Part shown: positions 27,254-39,200 of the stretch, in pieces | How the letters are laid out: every line of letters begins with the position of its first letter | Position numbering within the stretch: position 1 is the stretch's first letter | DNA from: an uncultured Verrucomicrobiota bacterium | Lineage (GTDB): Bacteria > Verrucomicrobiota > Kiritimatiellia > CAIQIC01 > Lenti-01 | Assembly (NCBI GenBank): GCA_937872095.1 | Contig: CALMNW010000034.1 | Span: 20,107-84,106 of the forward strand | Reading direction: 5' to 3' | Length of the DNA: 64,000 nt | Notes under the pieces: generated by a model | What the model was told of the DNA's origin: nothing | The model's database searches: none | What the model saw: only the letters and a program-made list of their open reading frames with translations | Position numbers and translations under genes: made by a program

Positions 27254-30200
27254 ATGAACATACGATCGTCATGGTGCTCGCGGCAGTTTCTGCTGGTCGC
27301 GGCTCTGGCCGTTGCGGGAATATCCGGTCCGGCGCGGGCGGGGAATCCGGATGGGGATCTGCGCGTCGAGATCGTCACGGCTTACAACCTGGTGGTGGAC
27401 TCCAACGCGGAGTCGCCGTCGACCTACGCGCCGAAATCGGCCTACATCGGGGCGAAGTTCTGCAACGACGGCACCGCGCCGCTGACGAACGTCTGGGCGT
27501 ACATCGGCGATCTGGCCGCCGGCACGCCGGGGACCTATCCGAGCCGGGCGCATCCGGGTTTGGTCGGGCCGCTGCCGGGCGGGGAATTCGCGCTGACCCA
27601 CGAGGGCGGGACGATGGGGGCGACCGACGCCACGCGGTACGTCGGCACGATCGATCCGGGCGAGTGCGTGACGGTGTACTGGCTGGTCAGCTATCCGCAG
27701 CTGGACGAAAACGGCGATGCGGTCTGGGGGCCCAGCGTCAAGCCCGACGACGACCTGTGGATGGAATACGACGTCTGGGCTACGGCCCAGCAGGGCGCGG
27801 CGTATTACCAGGCCGACGACTCGCAAACGCTGACCTGCCGCAACGAGATTTCGGCGATGGCCAACAAGATCTGGCCCAACGGCGCCAACAAGGTGCCGCA
27901 GGAATACCAGGATCTGCTGCAGCAGTACGTGCCGTTGTGGACGAACACGTCCGCCGTCGCCGAACCCGGTGCGGTCTTGCGGACGGAAGGCATCTGGTAC
28001 GATCTGGGCAACGTCGGCGACGGATTCGACAACGACGGCGATTTGGTGCCGGACCGCAACGCGTGGCTCCAGCCCGTCGGCGACCCGGACATCTTCGATC
28101 CGTCTTGCTTCCGCATGGTCCGCACCTACGTGATGATCATCGTGAAACTCAACGACGGGACCGAACAGGTCATCGTCACGGAAGACCAGCTCTACTTCAC
28201 GCAGATTCCCGCGAACAACCGCGGGGCGGTGGGCTACGTGATGTACGAGTTCGTCGCGATCGGCTCGGGCTGCGTCAGCACGCTGACGCCGTACCAGGAA
28301 GTGGCGTCGGGCTTCGACAACGAGAAGTTCAACGGCGACTACGGGGCGCCGGGGCAGACCTTGACCGGCGGCACGTCGCTGCTGGCCATCGCGAAATCGG
28401 CGGATCCGATCGTGACGCGGCCCGGGAGCAACATCGCCTATACGGTGACCTACACGAATTCGGGCCCGGATCCTTCGGGCCGGCCGGACATCGGGTTGCC
28501 GGTGGTGGTCCAGGATTCCATCCCGACGGGCACCGTCTACGTGGCGGGCAGCGCGACGGCCGCCAATGTCCTGCCGGGGGGCGTGAGCAGCTACGAAGTC
28601 CATTACTCGACGAACCACGGGCTGACCTGGTCCCTGTCGGAACCGGCGGTGGCCACGAACGTGACGGACGTGCAGTGGTGGCTGAGCGATCCGCTGCCGG
28701 CGGGCGGCGCGGGCACCGTGCGGTTCACCGTCAAGATCGCGAATCCCTGGCCCTTCCCGAGTCCGATCGTGCCCAATACGGCGGGGCTGAGTTTCGGGAA
28801 CACGACGCCGTTCATGTGGGCGCATGCGCAAACCCTGCTGCTGGGCAACAACGCGCTGGGCGACACCGTCTGGCGCGACGACGGAGCGGGTGGCGGCCTG
28901 CTCGGCAACCAATTGCAGGAAGGCGGGGAAACGGGCATCACCGGCGTGACGGTGCGGTTGTACTACGATCTGGACGGCGACGGCACAGGCGATTTCCTGT
29001 TCGCCACGACGAACACGGGCGCGAACGGCTACTACACGTTCACCAACCTGCCGGACGGCCACTTTACCGTGGTGGTGGAAACCACGAATTCGCACATTCC
29101 CTTCGGCTACACGCCGACCACGCCCACTTCCTTCTCGATTCCGCTCGATCCCGCGCGCACCAACGTCAATCCCGTCGTGAATTGGACGGCCGATTTCGGT
29201 TTCGCGCCGGCCTTGACGCTGATCAAGACGCATACGAGCACCAACGCCGTCCGCGAAGGCCAGTTGATCAGCTACAATTTGACGGTCTCCAACAATCTGC
29301 CGGGCAACGGCACCGGTTCGGGCTCGCCGGCGACCTATTACGCCTGGGCCTCCAGCGGCGGCGCCGACTACAAGAACACCGAGTGGGTGAATTACTCGAA
29401 TGCCTTCTATCCGCCGGGGCCGGATGGCCTGTACACGTCCAACCAGTTCGCGGGACCGACGACGGTGCTGTCCCTGACCAACTTCACCGTGGGCGCGCAG
29501 CTGGGCACCGTCACGAACGTGTCGCTGGTGATGCCCATCCAAATGGTGCCGCCCATCGGCGGCGACGACACGGTCACCATTGAAGTCCGCACGCTGTCGC
29601 CCTCCACGATACGCTTTTCGCAGACCTATTTGGCCACGAGCCTGGTCAGCGGCGTGTGGACGGTGCCGCGAACGGGCAACTACGCCTGGACCTGGGCGGA
29701 TTTCGACTCGAACGCCGTCGTGACGTTGTCCGCCAAGAAAAACTCGGGCGGCACGGCCGGCGGCTGGATCCTGCTGGATGCCGTAGGGTTCAAGATCGAA
29801 AGCGACCAGACCGTGGGCGTGGCCGGGGACACGACGACGCTGGATCCGGTGCCGCTCGTGGATCGCTACGATCCCGCCAAGTTGCAATTCGTGAGCGCCC
29901 AGCCGCCCGAATCGAGCGTGGAAACCGATCCCACGGGCACGATCTATTGGGACAACGTGGGGCCGATCTATCCCGGCGGCACCTCGACGGTGGCGGTTAC
30001 GTTCAAGTTGCTGGAGCCGCCCGGCAACACCAACACCGTGGTGACGAACACCACCTGGGTCACGAACGCGTACTTCACGGGCGGCGCCCACGCCAACAAC
30101 GCCACGAGCAGCGTGGTCGTCACGCAGTTCCCCGCCGCAACGGTCGGCGACTACGTCTGGCGCGACCTGAACGGCGACGGGATCCAGAATGAAACCAACA

Positions 30201-33200
30201 TGGGCATCGCCAACGTGGCCGTATCCATCACGCCGCCGGCGGGCATCGATCTCGGCCGCGGCGCGGGCCTGGCGATCACCAACTGGACGGACGCCAGCGG
30301 CTACTACCTGTTCGAATCCATCCCGGCGACGGGCGTCTACACCGTGCGGGTGGTCACGGCGACTCTGCCGGGCGGCATCGGCACCCAGACCTACGACGAA
30401 GATGCCGTCAAGGACAGCACGCACGCGGTTTATCTGGACATCTACGCGGCGCCTGCCAGCACGAACAACCTGCATCTGACCACCGACTTTGGGTACACGC
30501 TGGCCAGCGCGATCGAGGGCACGATTTGGCACGATTACGACCGGGGCCAAGAGTCTTACCGCGAAGCCGGCGAGGATTGGATGACCAACGTGACGGTCTA
30601 TCTCTGCGCCAGTCCTTCGCCGTGCGGGCCGGGCGCGTCTATCGCCACGAACGTCACGACCACCAACGGCTACTTCCGCTTCACCGGCAACTTCGACGGC
30701 ACCTACACCGTCTTCGTCGCGACGAATTCCGGCATGCTCAGCAACGGTTCCTGGCACGTGTCGTTCGACACGGACGGAACCAACACGGCGAACTATGCCG
30801 CGGTGACGGTTCCGCTCGGCGGGGTGGGGCGGGCGGACTTCAGCTATTTCCGCACCGGGCCGTATCGAATCGGCGACACGCTGTTCTACGACTGGAACGG
30901 CGACGGCGCGCAGGATGTGGCGTCCGAGGAAGGCATCCCGGACGTCACGGTCTGGCTCTATGAAGACGCCAACAGCAACGGCGTCGTGGATGCGGCCACC
31001 GACGCCCTCGTCGCGACGACGGTTACGACGACGAACGGCTATTACGTCTTCACCAACCTGTTCGCGACGAACACCTATCTGGTGATGGTGGACCGCGCCG
31101 ATCCGGACCTGCCGGCGAGCTGCCACGTGACGGCGGATCCGTGGGGGGCGCTGGATGCCCGCAGCGTCGTGACGATCGTCAACGCCGACAACTTCGACCA
31201 GGACTTCGGGTTCCAGCCCTATGGCAGCGGCGCGATCGGCGACACCGTGTGGCTTGACCGCAACGCCGACGGCATCCAGCTCGGCACCCAGGAACCCGGA
31301 CTCCCCGACGTCGAGGTCCGTCTGTACGTCGATTTCGACGGCAACGGCGACTACGTGCTTTTGCGGACCACGAATACCGATGCCAACGGACTCTATCTCT
31401 TCGACGAATTGCCGGACGGCGACTACCGCGTCGTAGTGGACGACGCGGACGCCGATTTGCCGGTCGACGCATATGGCAACGTCTATTACCCGAGCACGGC
31501 CGTCTCGTTCGACGTGGAGATCAGCGGCGGCAACACGTACTTGGACGCGGACTTCGGCTTTGCGCCCTACGGCGCGATCGGCGATACGGTTTTCTGGGAC
31601 CTCAACCGCAACGGCGACCAGGACTTCAACGACCCCGGCGTGCCGGGCGTGGACGTTTATCTGTACGCCGACGCCAACGGCAACGGCATCTACGATACGG
31701 GCGAAACGCTGCTGGCCACCGAAACCACCGATGCCACCGGCTTCTACGTCTTTTCCGGCCTCTTGCCCGACGATTACGTCGTCGTAGTCGAAACGGCCAG
31801 CGGCCCGCTGGCCGGCACGGACCAGACCGCCGATCCCCAGTCGGACGGCTTGGCCTGCGACGATCCGCTCAACGTCGTGCCTTGCGACGACCAGTGCGGC
31901 TGGTCGCTCGCGCCCGCGCAGATTTTCATGGGCGCGGACTTCGGCTACGCCCCGCGGGGCGTCATCGGGGACACCGTCTGGGTCGACGCGAACGACAACG
32001 GCTTGCGCGACGCCGGCGAACTGGGGATCCCGTACGTCGACGTGATTCTTTATTCCAACGGCGTGGCCATCGCGACCAATACGACGGATGCCGACGGCAT
32101 CTACGGATTCAGCGGCCTGGTGGATTTCTCCAACTACGGCGTGCGGGTGGCGACCAACGACGTCGACTTCCCGGCGGGCCTGACCAACACGTGGACGGCG
32201 GACGGAACGTTCGACAACTACACGACCAACATCGTGATGTCCGGCGGCGCCGTGACGTCCATCGGCGGCTATCCCTGCACGGATTGCGACCTGAACGTCG
32301 ATTTCGGCTACCGCTATGCCGGCAACAACAGCCTGAGCGGCACGATCGGGCTCGATGCGCCGACGTACGACGGCCTGATGAACGACTTGAATCCGTCCGG
32401 TCCGGGTCCCGGCGAATCGCCTTATGCCGGCGTGCCGGTCACGCTGTACCTGTGGAACGACGACGGCGACGGCATCATCGAGGCCGGCGAGACCACGCAG
32501 CTTGGCTCGACCGTCACCGATGCCAACGGCGACTACGCGTTTACGGGCTTGCCGAACGGCGACGGCGACGACAAGTACGTGGTGGCCAGTGCCGCGCCGG
32601 AAAGCTATCTGACTCTCACGACCACCAACGGCTCCATCGCCGGCGTGACGGTGTTTTCCACGACCAATCTCCAAGGCTATGCGGTGTCTGCCCGGCTGGC
32701 AGTGAGCGTCGCGCCCAGCATCACGAACATGGATTTCGCCTATGCCTCCCAGAAATCCTACGACTACGGCGACCTGCCGGACAGCTACGGAACGTTGCTG
32801 GCCGACGGCGCGCGGCACGTCGTGGCGACCGTGCCGGACCTCTATCTGGGTGCCGGCGTCGATACGGAAAGCAACGGCCAACCCTCGGCCGGAGCCGACG
32901 GGGACGATCTGGCCGGAACGGACGACGAAGACGGGGTGGTCCAATTGACCAACGCCATCTGGACCGTCGGCGCCGCTGGCGGTTCCGTCGAGGTGACGGT
33001 GGGCGCCGGCAGCGGCTGGCTGCTGGGCTATATCGATTTCAACGGCGACGGCGACTTCGTGGACGCCGGCGAAATGATCGCCAGCCAGGCGGTTTCCGCC
33101 ACCGGCGGCAACGGCGCAGGCGTCTACACGAATTCGTTCACGATTCCGGCCGGCACGTTCTCGGCGACCAGTTCCACGCCGCTGTATGCCCGCTTCCGGT

Positions 33201-36200
33201 TGTTCCCCGAAGAGCCGTTGTTCCCCGAACTGGCGTATGCCGGCACCGCCGCCGACGGCGAGGTGGAAGACTACCTCTGGCATTTGGCTGGCCTCGGCGA
33301 CTACGTTTGGTACGACGTGAACGGCGATGGCATCCAAGACGTCGGCGAACCGCCGATCGTCGGCGTGCGCGTGTTCCTCGATCTGAACGACGATGGCGTC
33401 TGGCAGGCCGCCGAACCGGCCGCGACCACCGACGCCGACGGGCTCTACGGCATCGGTGGGCTGATTGCCGGCACCTATGTCGTCCGGGTGGATACCAACA
33501 CCTTGCCGGTCGGCGTGTTGCCCACCTACGACTACGACGGCATCGGCACGCTGCATGTCGCTTCCGTGGACGTCGCCCAGTTGGATCAATTCTTCGACGA
33601 GGCCGATTTCGGCTATCTGCCGCCGGTGGACATCGGCGATCGGGTGTGGTTCGACGCCAATCGCGACGGCATCCAGAACGCCGGCGAGACCGACAACTTC
33701 ATCGGCATTCCGGTCGCCCTGCTGGACAGCAACGGGACCATCGTCGCCCAGACCGTAACCGACGACAACGGCTTGTACCTGTTCGAAGACATGCCTGCGC
33801 AAACCTATTTCCTGCGGTTCGATCTGGCCAGCATCAGCACGAACGAGAACGTCAGCACCTACAAGGTCGGCAGCGACGACGAAGTCGACAGCGACGCGAT
33901 CATCGGCAACGTGGGCGATTACGCCTGGACCGCCGCCGTCGTTCCCGTCGCGGGCGAATCCCTGCTGACGGTCGATCTGGGCATCACCACGCGCGGTTCG
34001 ACGCGCGCCGACCTCGCGGAAGTCTGGGGCGAATGGGTCGATGGGCAGGGCCGCGTCGCTTGGCGCACGGCGGCGGAATTCGGCACGGCGGGATTTTTTG
34101 TCTGGCGCATCGACCCGGCCTCGGGCGAGGAAACGCGGCTGAACCATCTGCTGGTGCCCTCGGCCTTCCAGGAAGGGGGCGCCACGTATGGGCTGGTGGA
34201 TCCCGCCGCCCGCGAAGACGAAGAAGGCGCCTATCGGATCGAAGAGGTGGAATTGTCGGGAGAAATCGTCGGTCTCGGTTCGCGTTCGGTGCGATTCGAC
34301 GCGCCGGCGCCGGCAGCCAAGTCCACGCGCGATGCCCGGGTCGCCAAGCCGATCGTGCAAGCGGTCCTTCCCAAGGCGTCGCAAGGCCCTTCGTCCGTGT
34401 TGAAAGTGCAAGCGGAGACGGAAGGGCTGTATGGCGTGGAATTGCAGGCGATCGCCGACGGCATGGGTCTTGCGCTTGAAAGCGTGCAGGCGCTGGCCGA
34501 GGCCGGATCGCTGAAGATCACGGAGCAAGCCCGTACGGTGCCGGTCAGCTACGATGCGGCCCGCGGGCGTCTGTTGTTCCATGCCAAGGCGCCCGATCGC
34601 AATTGGTATTCGCATGCCGATGCCTATCTGATTTCGGCGGGCGAGGGGCTGGCCATGCCGCAGCGGGAGCCGGATGCGGCGGCCGGTGCTTCGGTCTTTC
34701 CCGTGACGCTCCATTTCGAGGAGAACCTCTTCCTGTTCAACATGAACCGGATGCCGGACGATTTCTACTTCTGGGTCGGCGTGGTCAGCGGAACGAACGA
34801 CCTGCTGGATCCGATCTTCCCATTGGATCTGAACGGATACGCCGGCGGCGACATGCGCCTGAAAGTGCGCCTGATGGGGTGGTCCAGCACGACCAACGCC
34901 CCGGACCACCATGCCGAATTCTATTTCAACGGAACCTTGGCGGGCGACGTCGCCTTCGACGGGCAGGACGTCGCCGAAACCGAAATGACGATCCCGGCCG
35001 GCACGATATCGGACGGAATCAATGAGCTGCGGGTGCATGGCCGGATGCCGGAAGACCAAAGCCACAGCTTCTTCGTGGTAGACTGGGTGGAGGCTTCGTT
35101 CGACCGCCAGTTGGCGCCGGGAACGATTCCCGCGCCGTTCGCCGCTGCCGGCGCGTCTTCGATATCCGCGCAGGCTTTCGCCGAACCGATCGCGTTGGCC
35201 TTGGATGCAGCCGGAAATCCGACGCGGATCGCCGACGAATCCGGCGGCTTGCCATCCAGGGCCTGGACGGTGGCGCCGGCCGAAGACCGCTACGAAGTGC
35301 TCGAGGCGAACGACGTGCCGCTGTTGGTTCCGAAACCGGCGGCGGCCGATGCCTGGTTCCTGTCGGAGACGAACGCCGTCGACTATCTGGTGATCGCTCC
35401 GCGCGAACTGGCTCCGGCCGCGCAGGAATTGGCGGATTATCGGGCGGGACAGGGACTGCGTTCCGGCGTGGCGGTTTTCGAAGACGTGTGCGACCTGCTG
35501 GCCGGCGGCGTGCGCACCCCGGAAGCGATTTCCGGCTTGTTGCGGTATGCGGCGTCGACGTGGGCGGCTTCGCCCCGGATGGTGCTGCTGGCGGGCAGCG
35601 GGCACTACGATTATCTGGGGGTGAACACCAGCGAGGCCAACCATTTGCCGCCTTTGCTGGTCCAGATGCCGGTCGGCGTATGCGCATCGGACGCTTTGTT
35701 GGCGGATACGGGCGGGGACGAACTGCCGGATGTCGCGATCGGTCGATTGCCGGCCCGCACCGAAGCGGAGTTGGCCGCCATGATCGCGAAAATCAAGGCC
35801 TACGAGGCCGAATTCGGCGCGGAGTGGCAGAACCAATTGGTGCTGGTGGCCGACAACGCCGATCCGGCGGGTTATTTCGCCGCCGCGAACGAGCGGTTGG
35901 CGGAGCTGGTGTCCGCGCCCTATTCCGTGGCCGAGCGCATCGAATTGGATACGATGGATCTGGACCTTGCCCGTGCGGATCTGCTGGGCTGGTTCAATTC
36001 CGGCGCGGGATTCATCAACTACGTCGGGCACGGAAGCATCAAGACCCTCGCCGCCGAAAACCTTCTGGCGGCAACCAACGTCGATGAAATGGTCGCGACG
36101 GACCGTCCGTCCGTTGCGGTGACCTTGACCTGCTTGGCGGCGCGTTACGAAGTGCCGGCGGTGGAGAGCTTGGGCGAGCGGCTCATGCAGCGGGAACAGG

Positions 36201-39200
36201 GCGGAGCGGTCGCCGTGCTGGGGCCCTCGGGCCTTTCCCAGAACGCGCCGGCGACGGAATTGGGCGAGGCGTTCTATCGGACCATCCTGCAAGACGGGAT
36301 GGGCGAACTGGGCATGGCTTTTCTGCGCGCCCGCCGTTCGCTGCCCGCGAGCCTGTTCTCCAAAGACACGATCGCGGTCTACAATTTGCTTGGGGATCCG
36401 GCCCTGCGCATCGCGGGGAACGATCCGGCCGCCGCGGCGAAGCTTCCGGCCCAGATCTTCCTGCAAGACCTTGCGCAGACCTGCGACGGCACTCCGCGCG
36501 CCGTTTCGGCCGCGACGGAACCGGCTGGCCTGGCGGTGCGCATCACCTACGACGGCCATGCCGTGGCGCCGACGGCGGTCGGCTCCTATGCGGTGGTCGC
36601 GACGATCGCGACGGCCGATTACGAGGGAACCGCCGCGGGGACGCTGGTGGTCTCGAAGGCGGCAGCGGCGGTGTCGTTGACCGATCTCGAGCAGATCTAC
36701 GATGGTACGCCGAAGACGCCCGCCGCGACGACGGAACCGGCTGGTTTGGCCGTGGAATTCACGTACGACGGAGAGGCGACGCCGCCGACGGCGGCCGGCA
36801 CGTACGCCGTCGTCGCCACCGTGGCCGATGCCCAATGGGCGGGCGTGGCCACGGGCCTGCTGACGGTGGCCAAGGCGCCGGCGACGGTGCTGCTGGCCGG
36901 TCTGGCCCAAGTTTTCGACGAAACTCCGAGAATTGCGACAGCCACCACCGTGCCGGAAGGATTGTCCGTCGAAGTCCGCTACGACGGCTCGGAAACGCCT
37001 CCGGTCGGCGCCGGCAGCTACGTGGTCACGGCCGTGGTGGACGATCCCAACTTCGAAGGCATGGCCTCCGACGTGTTGACGGTATCCAAGGCCTCGGCGA
37101 CGGTCGTCTTGGGCAGTTTGGCCCAGACCTACGATGGCCGGCCCAAATACGCGACGGCGACCACCGCGCCCGGCGAACTGGCCGTCGATTTCACGTACGC
37201 CGGCTCGGCGCGAGCGCCCGTTGCCGCCGGCAGCTATGCCGTGGTTGGAACCGTGAGCGATCCCAACTGGCAGGGATCGGCTGCCGGGACGCTGGCCATC
37301 GGCAAGGCGGACCAGACGATCCAATTTGCCTCGATCGCCGACCAGATCACGACCGCCGCGGTCGAATTGTCCGCCACGGCGTCCAGCGGGCTGCCCGTGT
37401 CGTTCGCCGTCGTTTCCGGTCCGGCCGTTCTGCTGGGCGGAACAAGTCTTTCCTTCTCGGGTCCGGGGACGGTCGTCGTGGCCGCCCGGCAGGGCGGAAA
37501 CGAAAACTGGAATGCGGCTCCGGAAGCAACGCAAGTGTTCAACGTCGTGCCGGTCGTGCTGAGCAGCACCCGCGTTCTCGTGCGCGAAAACGGGGAGGGG
37601 CGTTTCTTCGTGAAGCTCTCGCAAGCCCCCGCCGCCAATACGACCGTCACGGTGGCCCGTTGCGCGGGCAGCGAAAGCCTTTCCGTGGCGAGCGGCGCCG
37701 AGTTGGTCTTCAAGGCGTCGAATTGGGATGCGTGGCAACCCGTGACGCTGGCCGCGGATCAAGATGCGAACGGCAGCGACGAGACGGCCACCTTCCGCGT
37801 GTCGACGGCCGGAGCGGCGGATCGGCAGTTGGAGGCCGTCGCGTTGGATGGCGACGCCGGAGAGAATCTGGCCTCGCCGGCGCGGGGAACCGCCATTTCC
37901 GGGACCCGCGGCTATTTCCTGCCGCTGGCGATCGACGGCATCCACGCGTCCCGCACCAATTACGCCTATACGATCTGGAGCAATCCGTCGCCCGGCACGA
38001 TGATTCTGGATTTGCAGGGAATCACGACGGTGTCGCGCCTGCGGTTGTTGAATTGGGATTGGAGTTTCCGTTCCCACCAATACATGCTGGAGTCGTCGGA
38101 GGACGGCGAAGATTGGTCTCTCCTGGTCGATGCCCGGTCGGGCGAGCATCGCGGCTGGGAAGACTGGGTGGTGGATGACACGCCGGCCCGGTATTTGCGC
38201 TTCACGGGGACGTCCAATTCCGCGAATACCGCCGTGTGCATTGCCGAATGGGAAGTGTATGGTCCCACCGGTTCGACCCCGCGGCCGGTTTGTTCGGCCG
38301 TCGACGTATCCGTCCGCGAAGCGGGCGAAGGCCGGTTCTTCGTGCGCCTGAACCAGGCGCCCGAGTCGAACGTCGTGGTCGGAGTGGCATGCGCCGCGGA
38401 ATCCGCCGGTCTGTCCGTGAAGAGCGGGCAAGCCTTGACCTTCAAGCCTTCGAACTGGAACGTTTGGCAGCCGGTCGTGCTCGCGGCGGAAGAAGACGCC
38501 AACGCCGAAGACGAGACGGCGTCGTTCCGCGTTTCGCTTTCGGGCGCGGCGGATCGCTACGTGAAGGCAACCGCGCTGGACGACGACATCGGGGAGAACG
38601 TGGCTCTGGCCTCGAGCGGGACTTCGATCTCGGGCTCGCGGGGCTATCTCTTGGGGGCGGCCATCGACGGAACGCACCTGTCGAGCACCAACTATGCCTT
38701 CGTGGTTTGGCCGGGCTCGATGACCCTGGATCTGCAAGGCGAGGTGGTCGTTTCGCGGGTACGGCTGTTGAACTGGGACTGGACCCTCCGGTCCCACCGC
38801 TATCGGATCGAGGCTTCGCTGGACGGCGCGAACTGGTCGGTGTTGGCGGATGCGAGCGAAGGCGAACACCGCGGTTGGGAAGATTGGCCGGTCGCCGACC
38901 AGCGGATTCGGTTCCTGCGGTTTACCGGCCTATACAATTCCGCGAATTCCGCCGTGTGCATCGCCGAATGGGAGGTCTACGGCACGCGCACGCAGCGGTC
39001 CGAACTGGAGGTGTCGGCAACGAACGTCAACGTGCGCGAGGCGGGTGAAGGTCGCTTCTTCGTGCGGCTGGATCGCGCTCCGGCGGGAGACGTCGCGGTC
39101 GCGGTGGCGCGCGTTTCGGGCGATTCGGCCATTTCGGCGGAAGACGGGGCGACGCTGACCTTCAAGCCGTCGAATTGGAACGTCTGGCAGGCCGTGACGC

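Noticed and set aside
27269-38869. 3866-aa ORF on the minus strand spanning most of the giant gene
   Set aside because: It is antisense to a + strand ORF that is longer (4292 aa), has a signal peptide and contains many recognisable domains. The minus-strand translation is Arg/Pro/Gly-rich low-complexity sequence typical of shadow ORFs in high-GC DNA.
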